Part shown: piece after piece, positions 1 to 7,726 of the stretch | Position numbering within the stretch: the first letter of the stretch is position 1 | Layout: every line of letters starts with the position of its first letter | Notes under the pieces: generated by a model | The model's input: only the letters and a program-made list of their open reading frames with translations | Database searches by the model: none | What the model was told of the DNA's origin: nothing | Origin: an uncultured bacterium | Lineage (GTDB): Bacteria; Patescibacteriota; Andersenbacteria; UBA10190; CAIZMI01 | Assembly: GCA_903934015.1 (NCBI GenBank) | Contig: CAIZMI010000022.1 | Location: 1-62,323, forward strand | Direction of reading: 5' to 3' | Length of the DNA stretch: 62,323 bases | Made by a program: the position numbers and the translations under genes

Positions 1-24
1 ATGAGGGATGCGTAAACACTAACG

Positions 25-70
25 CTCTCTCCCCTTTGTAAGGGGAGATTAAGAGGGGTTTAGGGGTTTA
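25..70. repeat. Short palindromic intergenic repeat module, type M1 (CCCCTTT-loop-AAGGGG hairpin plus G-rich tail)
   Basis: Sequence ctctctcccctttgtaaggggagattaagaggggtttaggggttt. The same module type recurs at 44345, 45791, 49632, 50010, 59375 (rc) and 61172 (rc). Confidence 0.6.
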
Positions 71-218
71 TGCTCCCACTATTGCCTTATACACCGGCCT
101 AAATTTTTTTATTGCCGTTTTGTTGTATATGGCATTAGCGGTAGCAACAAAAAGTAATTTCAAGCCCAGCCGGCGGACGCCGGCAAACAAGGAGACGACT
201 TAATCAGTCGTTTCAAAA

Positions 219-521
219 ATGATTCAATATATTCTGTGCCTCCTGGGGAGGCACACACCTTTTGAGGTGTGTGGTGGAGACATCGTCTGTCTCCACTGTG
301 GGGTTGAGCTGTCAGACGGCCTTGACCGGCTGACCGCTTACATGTGTGGCACCCCCTGCCTAGATGTTTCGAGGGAGGAGGTTCAGGTCGTCGTCGGGAA
401 ACTGACGGCGACGGAAAAAAACAAACTCGTTCGGATGTCGGCATCCGAACGGGTGGGCTACCTCTCCGCCCGCACAAGATGCGGAGAAAGGATCGCGCGT
501 GCCGTTGCGCGATCAATGTAA
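219..521 (+). CDS. Hypothetical small Cys-rich protein (100 aa), first GC-rich cassette
   Basis: ATG ORF in the GC-rich block. It has CxxDxxCxxC-type cysteine pairs (CGGDIVCLHCG, CGTPC). An AAGGAG at 189-194 is separated from the ATG by a 6-bp hairpin (195-211). The antisense ORF 160-516 is judged a shadow. Confidence 0.4.
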   Translation: MIQYILCLLGRHTPFEVCGGDIVCLHCGVELSDGLDRLTAYMCGTPCLDVSREEVQVVVGKLTATEKNKLVRMSASERVGYLSARTRCGERIARAVARSM

Positions 522-711
522 TCCCAGATGTCGGTGCGCGTTAGCGCAAGGCAACGCCGACAAATCGAAATGTTGCCAACGTTCTTTTCGTTAGTTTCAT
601 CTCGGGAGACCACAATAATCATCATCGATATATTTGTGGTCTTCCTCCCATCTCTGCTTACTTGTACTCTGGCTACAAAATCATTTTTATGCCACAAGCA
701 GTACAAAGCAG

Positions 712-935
712 AGACGGGAGAAAAGGTTTCCAACAATACCAAAGGTATTTAGAAAAAACTTCTTGTTAGTATTCCATCCCGTAAATTTTCAACATCAGGT
801 GAAAATTATGCGGGATCCACGTTTAATAACAATGGACCCCGCATCTCCGCCAGTTGGCGGATGCGGGGTGGTATGACTTAAGAAGTTAAGCAAAGATACT
901 TTCGGCGTTGTTGGAAGAAAAATTTCAGACCCGCC
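712..935 (+). repeat. Structured AT-rich repeat, copy 1 (core 728-916 bounded by 21-nt inverted termini)
   Basis: ttccaacaataccaaaggtat (728-748) pairs with atactttcggcgttgttggaa (896-916). The internal sequence is near-identical to copies at 2716-2890 and 7538-7710. The terminal hairpin is extended by a self-complementary insertion (837-868). Confidence 0.9.
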
Positions 936-984
936 GGCGTAAGCCGGCAAACTTTAGCGGAGGCGGGCTTGGCCCGCAAAAAAA

Positions 985-1662
985 ATGAAGAATCAAGTTC
1001 TGGTCGGCAAGCGGGCGAGCGTGGCGTTTGCAGCTTTTTTGGTCAAGTACTCCCTCCCGGCCCCTATGGATGTCGAAATTTCCCGTCTGGGATTGCGTTC
1101 GGTTGAATTGGCCAAACGCGTCTGCGCGGGAAAAAAATCCGTCGGTGGGTGGCGAGGATTTTTGGGGCAGGTGGTGGACGTGGAAAAGGAGGAATATTTT
1201 TACGTCCTGGAGGGATCGGATGGTCGGCAGTTTTATCGCTCCCCGACCCCCCACAAGACACTCCACGTTGAATGGCAGTATGTCATACGTGGCACCGAGC
1301 TGTGGGCGGTGGCGGTAGGGCTTGCGTCCTCATTCCTCGACGGAAAGATGGACGTGAAACTCGTCGACCTCCCCGAGGAGGTCGTGGACGGCAACGCCAT
1401 CCTGCCGGAAGGCTGGGTGGCCGAGTACTGGCCCACCTGTTACTGTGGCTATGATGGCCACCCTGGCCAACTACTGTTCGAGTCGGAGGTGAAGGATTAC
1501 CTCCAGAAGTGGCTGGCGAGTCGCAGTCACACGGACACGTCGTTGTGTCCGTGTGGTCAACCGCTCGACTCGAGCGGGAACTGTCCGCACTGCGACTACT
1601 GCTCGCGCTGTGGCGCGGGAATCGCAGGACAGGGTGGCTGGTGCGCCACCTGTGACGGTTAG
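985..1662 (+). CDS. Hypothetical protein (225 aa) with C-terminal multi-Cys zinc-ribbon-like tail
   Basis: Long ORF in the GC-rich block. The C-terminus is CPCGQPLDSSGNCPHCDYCSRCG...WCATCDG. No clear SD. A perfect 11-bp hairpin follows. Confidence 0.5.
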   Translation: MKNQVLVGKRASVAFAAFLVKYSLPAPMDVEISRLGLRSVELAKRVCAGKKSVGGWRGFLGQVVDVEKEEYFYVLEGSDGRQFYRSPTPHKTLHVEWQYVIRGTELWAVAVGLASSFLDGKMDVKLVDLPEEVVDGNAILPEGWVAEYWPTCYCGYDGHPGQLLFESEVKDYLQKWLASRSHTDTSLCPCGQPLDSSGNCPHCDYCSRCGAGIAGQGGWCATCDG

Positions 1663-1681
1663 TCGCACCAAGTTGTTCTTT

Positions 1682-1722
1682 TCGGAGGCGGATAAGACTT
1701 TTAGTCTTTGTTCCGCCTCCGA
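1682..1722 (+). terminator. Long perfect hairpin immediately after ORF 985-1662 (possible terminator lacking a U-tract)
   Basis: tcggaggcgga (1682-1692) pairs with tccgcctccga (1712-1722). An inner aagac/gtctt helix lies within it. No T-run follows. Confidence 0.35.
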
Positions 1723-2112
1723 GATCCTGATCCGCGAATGGATGTTCGCGCTGATGAGTTCTTAGGATATTTTGAAGGACGAAATCAGGAAAAACGAGAA
1801 GGAAAAATTAATTAGCTTTGCAGTATTTTTATAAAATATAATACGCGATATTTAGCGAAAGTATCGAAAAAGATTTTTGGGACGCAGTTTAAGGGAAATC
1901 ATTAGCGGATAAAATATATCTGGCTTTCTTCCAGATCTTCGTTTGCATTAAACGAAGGTTTGAAAGAAGGGAATGATTCTCTTCAGTCTTCATTTGCCCC
2001 GCTTTCAGGGGATTGCTGGTGGCCGATTAGAGGCCATTGATTCCTGCCACAGGAAGCAATGAGCAGGGTCGTGGGTTACGACTTGCTCTTGTGTGGCATG
2101 GGGTTTTAACCC

Positions 2113-2517
2113 ATGAAGACTATCGTCAACTGTTGTCCGCACTCCCTCCGTATCCGAGTCAACGTCGCCAATGTGGTGGCAGAACCGGATGTGACCGACA
2201 TTGTCGTCGAACCCCGCAAGGGCGACGACGGCAAACCAGTGCCGGCCCGCGTCAGCACGACGCCGGGCGGTCGTTTGGATGACATCGCCGGCATCGCGGT
2301 CTTCGGCCCGACGGTATTTGGTGCCGTCGAAAACCTGCCGGATCCCGCCACGGACACGATCTATATCGTGTCGGCGGTCGTTGGCGGTCGGCCCGAGGTG
2401 CAAACGCGACCGGACGTCTTCGTCTTGGGGACGGGCCCCAGTGACGGAACAGTCCGGTTCGGAGAAGGCCTCCAGAAGGGGCAGGTCTACGCGGTCACGC
2501 GCCTCATCAAGGCGTGA
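2113..2517 (+). CDS. Hypothetical protein (134 aa)
   Basis: ATG ORF in the GC-rich block with plausible protein-like composition. The start codon lies in a 6-bp hairpin, catggg-gttttaa-cccatg. The antisense 241-aa ORF (2005-2730) is judged a GC-rich shadow. Confidence 0.5.
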   Translation: MKTIVNCCPHSLRIRVNVANVVAEPDVTDIVVEPRKGDDGKPVPARVSTTPGGRLDDIAGIAVFGPTVFGAVENLPDPATDTIYIVSAVVGGRPEVQTRPDVFVLGTGPSDGTVRFGEGLQKGQVYAVTRLIKA

Positions 2518-2696
2518 TCGCGGTCCGTCCGTTTTTGTTCTTTCAGTTCTTTTTTTACAGAAAGGGTTTATAAAAATCCCGCCGATCGCTTGTCGATCGC
2601 GTCGGGTCGGCGTGTACACTGCCGGAAACTGAAACGTGTACAGAGGAGTCTTTATTGGCTCCTCTCCTTCTTTCAACCCACAAACTTTTTTGTGAG

Positions 2697-2908
2697 TTGA
2701 AACGAAAGAATATTTTTCCAACAACACCAAAGGTATTAAAAAAAACTTCTTGTAATATTCCCATCCCGTAAATTTTCAACATCAGGTGAAAATTATGCGG
2801 GATCCACGTTTAATAACGATGGACCCCGCATCAAGTGCGGGGTGGTATAAATCAAAAAGATAAGCAAAGATACTTTCGGTGTTGTTGGAAACGGTTTCGG
2901 TTCGATTT
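2697..2908 (+). repeat. Structured AT-rich repeat, copy 2 (core 2716-2890)
   Basis: Inverted termini 2716-2736 and 2870-2890. Conserved core cccgtaaattttcaacatcaggtgaaaattatgcgggatccacgtttaataacgatggaccccgcatcaagtgcgggg. Confidence 0.9.
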
Positions 2909-3318
2909 TTGGCCTCACCTAAGGCATCGGGTGACGGCTGTAAAGAGAGGAGAAGGCCTTGGTAGGGCGGGGGGTACTGCCTTCTGGGGCGGGAACCCCA
3001 ACAGTGGAGTGACTGATCAAGCGAAGGTCCTCCGTGAAATCGAGTCTTTGCAGGCACCGGTGGTTTTGCGTTGAAGGTGTCGCCCTGGAGTTTGAAATCT
3101 CCGAAATCAAAATTAGTCGTTGTTTGTTCGCGTTCAGGGTCCGACCTTTTCAAAGGTCGGACCCTGATGCAAAAGTTGTTGTAAAACATGACAGGTCCAC
3201 CGCGTGAGAAACCACAGTTTCTTTTACGCGGCTTTTCTAAAGCTCATCGGAATAATTTCGGTGCGCCTTAGTGAAAGAAAAAAGAAAAACAATAAACAAG
3301 AAAAAAGGAGAATTGAAA

Positions 3319-5697
3319 ATGAACATTAAAAGAAATGGTCGGCAAGCATTGCCGATCGACGCGCGGATTCCTGAAATTCTCGCAACGATGCGGAAAAATC
3401 AGGTCGTGATCGTCGAAGCCGAAACGGGTGCCGGAAAAAGCACTCGGATCGGACAAGCGGCCATGGAGGCTGATCGATGGCTTCGCATCATCCACACCTT
3501 ACCGCGTCGTTTGGCGGTGCGGTCGATCGGTAAACGTATTGCCGACGAAGTGGGTTGCGAGGTTGGGGATCTCGTGGGCTGGCGCCTGCGAGGAGAAACA
3601 CCGCGCGTGTCCTCGCGGACGCGCATGGTGTTAGAAATCGATCAGACGCTCGCGAATTGGATTCGCGAGCACCAGAAACTGCCGGAAGGCCTGATAATCG
3701 TGGACGAAGCGCACGAGCGCTCGATCCCGACAGACCTTTTGTTGGGTATGTTAAAGGAGTATTTGCCCAACTCTCCAAATACAAAAATCGTCATCATGTC
3801 GGCGACTATCGATACGCAGAAATTCTCTGCGTTTTTCGGTGGCGCGCCGGTGATTTCGGTGAGCGGGCGGTGTTTTCCTGTCAGCACGGAGGTGGTGCAG
3901 TTGGGAAAGTATGAGCACCACTCGAATGCGGCCGGGCGCGCGGGAACGATGGTGATCGATCGGTTTTTGGCTGGACGGCTCGCCGTTCCAACCGAAGATG
4001 GTTTGTCATCGCGCTTTGTTGCCGGTGGTACGGTTCTCGTCCTCTTGCCCGGAAAAGAGGATATTTCTGAAGTTCGTCACTTGCTTCAGAAATACGCGAA
4101 AGAGAAAGAGTGCGAAGAGGCCGTGGTTGTGATGGAATGCCACGGCGAGAGTCGCGAAGATGAACAAAGAGCGGTCTTGACGCCGGTCGTCGAAGGAACG
4201 TTACGTTTTGTTTGTGCCACGGAAGTGGTACGGACGTCCGTGACCGTTCCCGATGTGATCGGAGTTATTGATTCTCTTCAGATCAAGCGGATGAAAACCA
4301 ATCCCAAGGGGATTGGCCGTTTGATCAAAATCCCAGTGTCCCGCGCCGAGGCTGATCAGGCAAAAGGGCGCGCCGGCCGGACACAACCCGGGTTCTACAT
4401 CGCCTGTTCGTTTGAAGGTGAGTATGAACTTGGACGGTTGGCACCTTACCCGACACCCCAAATTCTGATGTCGCCTGCCACGAGTGTTTGTTTACAAGTG
4501 GCAGCGATCGGTCGGTCGGCACGGACGTTTGCGTTTGTTGATCCGCTCGATCAGGATCGGGTTGCGCTCGCAATCCGACGCCTGCAAGACATCGGGGCGT
4601 TGGATGAAGCAGAAAAAATCACCGAGGAGGGTGAGTTTCTGCTTCGTTTCTCTATTCAGCCGGAACGTGCAAAGTGCCTGATTACCGCAGCAAAATGTGG
4701 AGTTCTTCCCGAAACGGTAATCGCCTGCGCGGTTCTTGAAACGGAAGGTTTCTACTTCCGCGTAAAGAACAAAGGGGAGAAGTTGATCGTGGATGAAAGA
4801 ATCCTGCGGTTGATTCTTTCTTACAAGGGTGAGTACGGGAGCTGGCAACGGAATCCGGCAAAAAAGCCGGATGAAGTTGATTTAACCCCGGAAAAAATCC
4901 CCGACTGGGCGACGATCAAGGGGCCCGGGGTTTATGAGATTAACTGCGGAGCATCGCGTTTCGCGGAAAACGGAACACACTTCGTGTCGGACGTATTACG
5001 AAGATTTTGGGCCGGCGAGAGCAGGTCTGATTTCTTTGGGATTGTCCAGGCATACCGCATGTTCAAACAGGCGGAACGAGAAGTGCGAGAATTGGGGGGT
5101 CGTTCACGCAAGGAGCAGGACGACATCCTCTACAACTGGTGCAAGACGTATCAGTTGAATATGAAGCGGATTCGCATGGCAGAGGAAACCATGCAAATGA
5201 TTCGCGATGAGTTGTGGAGCACGGAATTTCGGTTGGAGAACGGCCTTGGTGAGTGGCGGGAATTTGACGCCAAAGCCCTGACCGACTCTCTGTTGTCGGG
5301 GATGACCGACAACGTAGCGATTCTTTCCGGGCGTGGTAATTACGAAAGCCGGCTCGGGTCGCTACAGATCGCATATTCGTGCGTGACCCCGCAGAACGTT
5401 CAAGTGGCGTTGGTGGATGACGTCCGCCAAGTGCCGACTGGACGTCTGCGGACTAGTTTTATACAGTTGGCCGGATGCGCGGCGGAATTGACAATTGAAC
5501 GGATCATGAAAGTGGTCCCGCACCTTTGCCAGACCCTGAACATGGGTGACCATCAATATGACTGGGAAAATGACGCGGTGACCCGTACTCAAGTTCTGAA
5601 CATGCGGGACTTGCAGGTGGGCACGCGGAAAGTGCCCAGTCCGACGGAAGACGCCCAGCGTGTTTTCGCCGGCGCTCTGGCAGATCAAATGATATAA
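3319..5697 (+). CDS. DEAH-box (DExH) helicase, HrpA/HrpB-like
   Basis: Walker A ETGAGKST, motif II VDEAHERS, motif III SAT, motif VI QAKGRAGR, then an HA2-like segment (FVDPLDQDRVALAIRRLQDIGALD). I chose the ATG at 3319 because AAGGAG lies 8 nt upstream; the ORF track starts at 3271. Confidence 0.85.
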   Translation: MNIKRNGRQALPIDARIPEILATMRKNQVVIVEAETGAGKSTRIGQAAMEADRWLRIIHTLPRRLAVRSIGKRIADEVGCEVGDLVGWRLRGETPRVSSRTRMVLEIDQTLANWIREHQKLPEGLIIVDEAHERSIPTDLLLGMLKEYLPNSPNTKIVIMSATIDTQKFSAFFGGAPVISVSGRCFPVSTEVVQLGKYEHHSNAAGRAGTMVIDRFLAGRLAVPTEDGLSSRFVAGGTVLVLLPGKEDISEVRHLLQKYAKEKECEEAVVVMECHGESREDEQRAVLTPVVEGTLRFVCATEVVRTSVTVPDVIGVIDSLQIKRMKTNPKGIGRLIKIPVSRAEADQAKGRAGRTQPGFYIACSFEGEYELGRLAPYPTPQILMSPATSVCLQVAAIGRSARTFAFVDPLDQDRVALAIRRLQDIGALDEAEKITEEGEFLLRFSIQPERAKCLITAAKCGVLPETVIACAVLETEGFYFRVKNKGEKLIVDERILRLILSYKGEYGSWQRNPAKKPDEVDLTPEKIPDWATIKGPGVYEINCGASRFAENGTHFVSDVLRRFWAGESRSDFFGIVQAYRMFKQAEREVRELGGRSRKEQDDILYNWCKTYQLNMKRIRMAEETMQMIRDELWSTEFRLENGLGEWREFDAKALTDSLLSGMTDNVAILSGRGNYESRLGSLQIAYSCVTPQNVQVALVDDVRQVPTGRLRTSFIQLAGCAAELTIERIMKVVPHLCQTLNMGDHQYDWENDAVTRTQVLNMRDLQVGTRKVPSPTEDAQRVFAGALADQMI

Positions 5698-5840
5698 GCG
5701 TCGTTTTGTTTCTTTTAGTACTAGCCCCGTTGATGAAAATTCGACGGGGCACTTCTCAGAGTTTTTCAATTAAATGTTTTTTAGTTGGAAGACTGTGACG
5801 AAGACAACAAATATTTACAATAAACAAAAAGGAGCCCCGA

Positions 5841-7424
5841 ATGGACGAGAGAATGTCGGCGGTGATTACCGCCAACAAGGCGCGTCAAGCACGCGCGAAA
5901 GAATTAAACGCCCGTTCGGGCGAAAAAACTTTTCCCGTTTTATCGCGGGAAGAGTTGGCGACGTGGTTGCAAGAAAAACTGGACGGCGCGATTTCGGTCG
6001 CGACTGTCAAGGATTTAGAGCAACTGCGGTTGCCCCCGTTGGGTCAGGAGTTAGTCGACTTGGTGGTGACGGAAAACCCCGATTCGATTAAGGTTCTTGG
6101 TCGCGACTGCGCGGTGAATTATGTCGATTACCGCGAAGCACGTAAGTATCCGCAGGTGAAAATTGATTTTCGGGAAGAACAAGCCAACGATTGGCAAAAT
6201 CTCCCGGATGTTATTAATTTGCCGAGTGGTCGTGAAGTGGCTTTTTACTCGGCCATCGATGGGTACGGATATTACATCGATTGCCGGTCGTCGGAGTTCA
6301 AAGCGAAAGTTCGCGACGGCCTGAACGAAAGTCAGTGGTCAAACTGGCCGGAAACGGCACGACCTGCGATTGTTTTGCCCGACCCGGCGGATGAAAATTC
6401 CGTTGTCGCGGATGTCATTACAACTTGCTACGGCAAGTGCGTGGTGACGGCGACGGACCTGGTCGCCTTCGGGACTGTTGCCCTGAACCCGTATCGCAAT
6501 TACGAAAGCGATTCGTGGTTCAAGGTTCTCTGGACTCGCAACCGCACCGAGGCCGAGCAGGCGCACGATGCGGTTGTCGCAAAAATCGTCACCATTAAGG
6601 AGGAAGTAAAAAGGCGACGAGAGGAAGAAGAACGGCGGGCACGCGAGGAGAGCATGCTAGCGACTTTGCGGAGTCAAGCAGAGTTGGCCAAGGTCCGGGT
6701 CGGGGGATACTATGAATCTCTCTGTCACAAATCGGATATAGATCCCGTTCTTCGTGATCGGCTGTATGAACGGCGGTACGATTACCGCGCGCCTTCAACG
6801 GCGGACGGTCTTCGACGGTGGATTTTAGAGACCGACGCGCTTTGTGAAGAGGCGAAAACAGTCACCGCCGAAATCGAAGCGCGCAACGCGCGACGCGAAG
6901 CGCATCTCGAAGCCACGCGGAATTTATATTCGCAGGCCAGCTTGCTGGTTAATGAAGACGGAACGATTTCCGTCCTGCGTGGTAAAACATCGAAGATTGG
7001 ATCTTTCGAGGTCGACAATTCGGTCGGTGAGTGGTTCACGAGCGAGGTTTCAACCGATAATGAGGGTCGGTATTGCTCGTGGCAACCGGTTCGAACCGGA
7101 CGACTGGTGCGCTGTCGGGAGTTTTCCGGCGCTGGTAACCAAAAGGGTGAAGCGGAGTTCATCGTTCAGGACGGACAATTGACTCCGGGGGTTTGGAGTG
7201 TCGCCGAGGACGACAATGGTCGTTTCTTTTACCCTGTGATTTACTACAAGAACGGCCGGGAAATTGTTCCGGAAAAATTCGAAGTAGTGCGGGAAGTGAG
7301 GGAATGTCCGCGGGTCCACGGGCCGGTCGTAAAAGGCCCGCCCGCACCGGCTGGAAGTTTGGATATGACCAAACTTTTCGGTGGCGCTACTATGCCACGC
7401 GAAAAGCCAGTTCGCAGGCGGTAG
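5841..7424 (+). CDS. Hypothetical 527-aa protein coupled to the DEAH helicase (charged coiled-coil centre)
   Basis: AAGGAG lies 6 nt upstream of the ATG. Long GC-rich ORF with an EEVKRRREEEERRAREE coiled-coil-like stretch. I recognised no catalytic motif. Confidence 0.7.
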   Translation: MDERMSAVITANKARQARAKELNARSGEKTFPVLSREELATWLQEKLDGAISVATVKDLEQLRLPPLGQELVDLVVTENPDSIKVLGRDCAVNYVDYREARKYPQVKIDFREEQANDWQNLPDVINLPSGREVAFYSAIDGYGYYIDCRSSEFKAKVRDGLNESQWSNWPETARPAIVLPDPADENSVVADVITTCYGKCVVTATDLVAFGTVALNPYRNYESDSWFKVLWTRNRTEAEQAHDAVVAKIVTIKEEVKRRREEEERRAREESMLATLRSQAELAKVRVGGYYESLCHKSDIDPVLRDRLYERRYDYRAPSTADGLRRWILETDALCEEAKTVTAEIEARNARREAHLEATRNLYSQASLLVNEDGTISVLRGKTSKIGSFEVDNSVGEWFTSEVSTDNEGRYCSWQPVRTGRLVRCREFSGAGNQKGEAEFIVQDGQLTPGVWSVAEDDNGRFFYPVIYYKNGREIVPEKFEVVREVRECPRVHGPVVKGPPAPAGSLDMTKLFGGATMPREKPVRRR

Positions 7425-7464
7425 TTCATTTAGTCCGGCGACAAAAGACGGACAATCATTTATC

Positions 7465-7497
7465 GGGAAGAATTCGTCGCATTCTTCCCTCTTTTTT
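7465..7497 (+). terminator. Rho-independent terminator after ORF 5841-7424
   Basis: gggaagaat (7465-7473) pairs with attcttccc (7481-7489), followed by tctttttt. Confidence 0.7.
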
Positions 7498-7519
7498 GTA
7501 GCCCATATTTCTTGTAGGC

Positions 7520-7726
7520 TTCAACGAAAGAATAATTTTCCAACTACACCAAAGGTATTAGATAAACTTCTTGTCATATTCCATCCCGTAAATTTTCAAC
7601 ATCAGGTGAAAATTATGCGGGATCCACGTTTAACAACGATGGACCCCGCATCAAGTGCGGGGTGGTGATAATTTAGAAGTTAAAAATAGATACTTTCGGT
7701 GTTGTTGAAAGAGATTTTAGACCCGA
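7520..7726 (+). repeat. Structured AT-rich repeat, copy 3 (core 7538-7710), last element before host genes
   Basis: Termini 7538-7558 and 7690-7710, with two more mismatches than copy 2. Same conserved core. The GC-rich block ends here. Confidence 0.9.

Noticed and set aside
2779-2800. Hammerhead-like CUGAUG...GAAA string on the minus strand of each repeat core (cctgatgttgaaaattt)
   Set aside because: There is no stem II between the CUGAUGA-like box and GAAA, and no flanking stems I or III. It is a chance resemblance.
160-7429. Numerous long antisense or alternative-frame ORFs in the GC-rich block (for example 160-516 -, 925-1266 -, 2005-2730 - at 241 aa, 2201-2632 +, 3555-3914 +, 5362-5769 -, 6782-7162 -)
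   Set aside because: They overlap better-supported + strand ORFs and have Arg/Pro/Gly/Ser-rich compositions typical of off-frame translation of GC-rich DNA. They also lack SD boxes, whereas the chosen frames have motifs or SDs.
728-7710. Calling the three repeats canonical integron attC sites, and the region a bona fide integron
   Set aside because: The termini (TTCCAAC / GTTGGAA) only approximate RYYYAAC/GTTRRRY. The outer helix shows mismatches but no extrahelical bulged bases. The elements (173-189 bp) are longer than typical attC sites, and no intI is in the window. I keep this as a hypothesis in the findings, not as an annotation.
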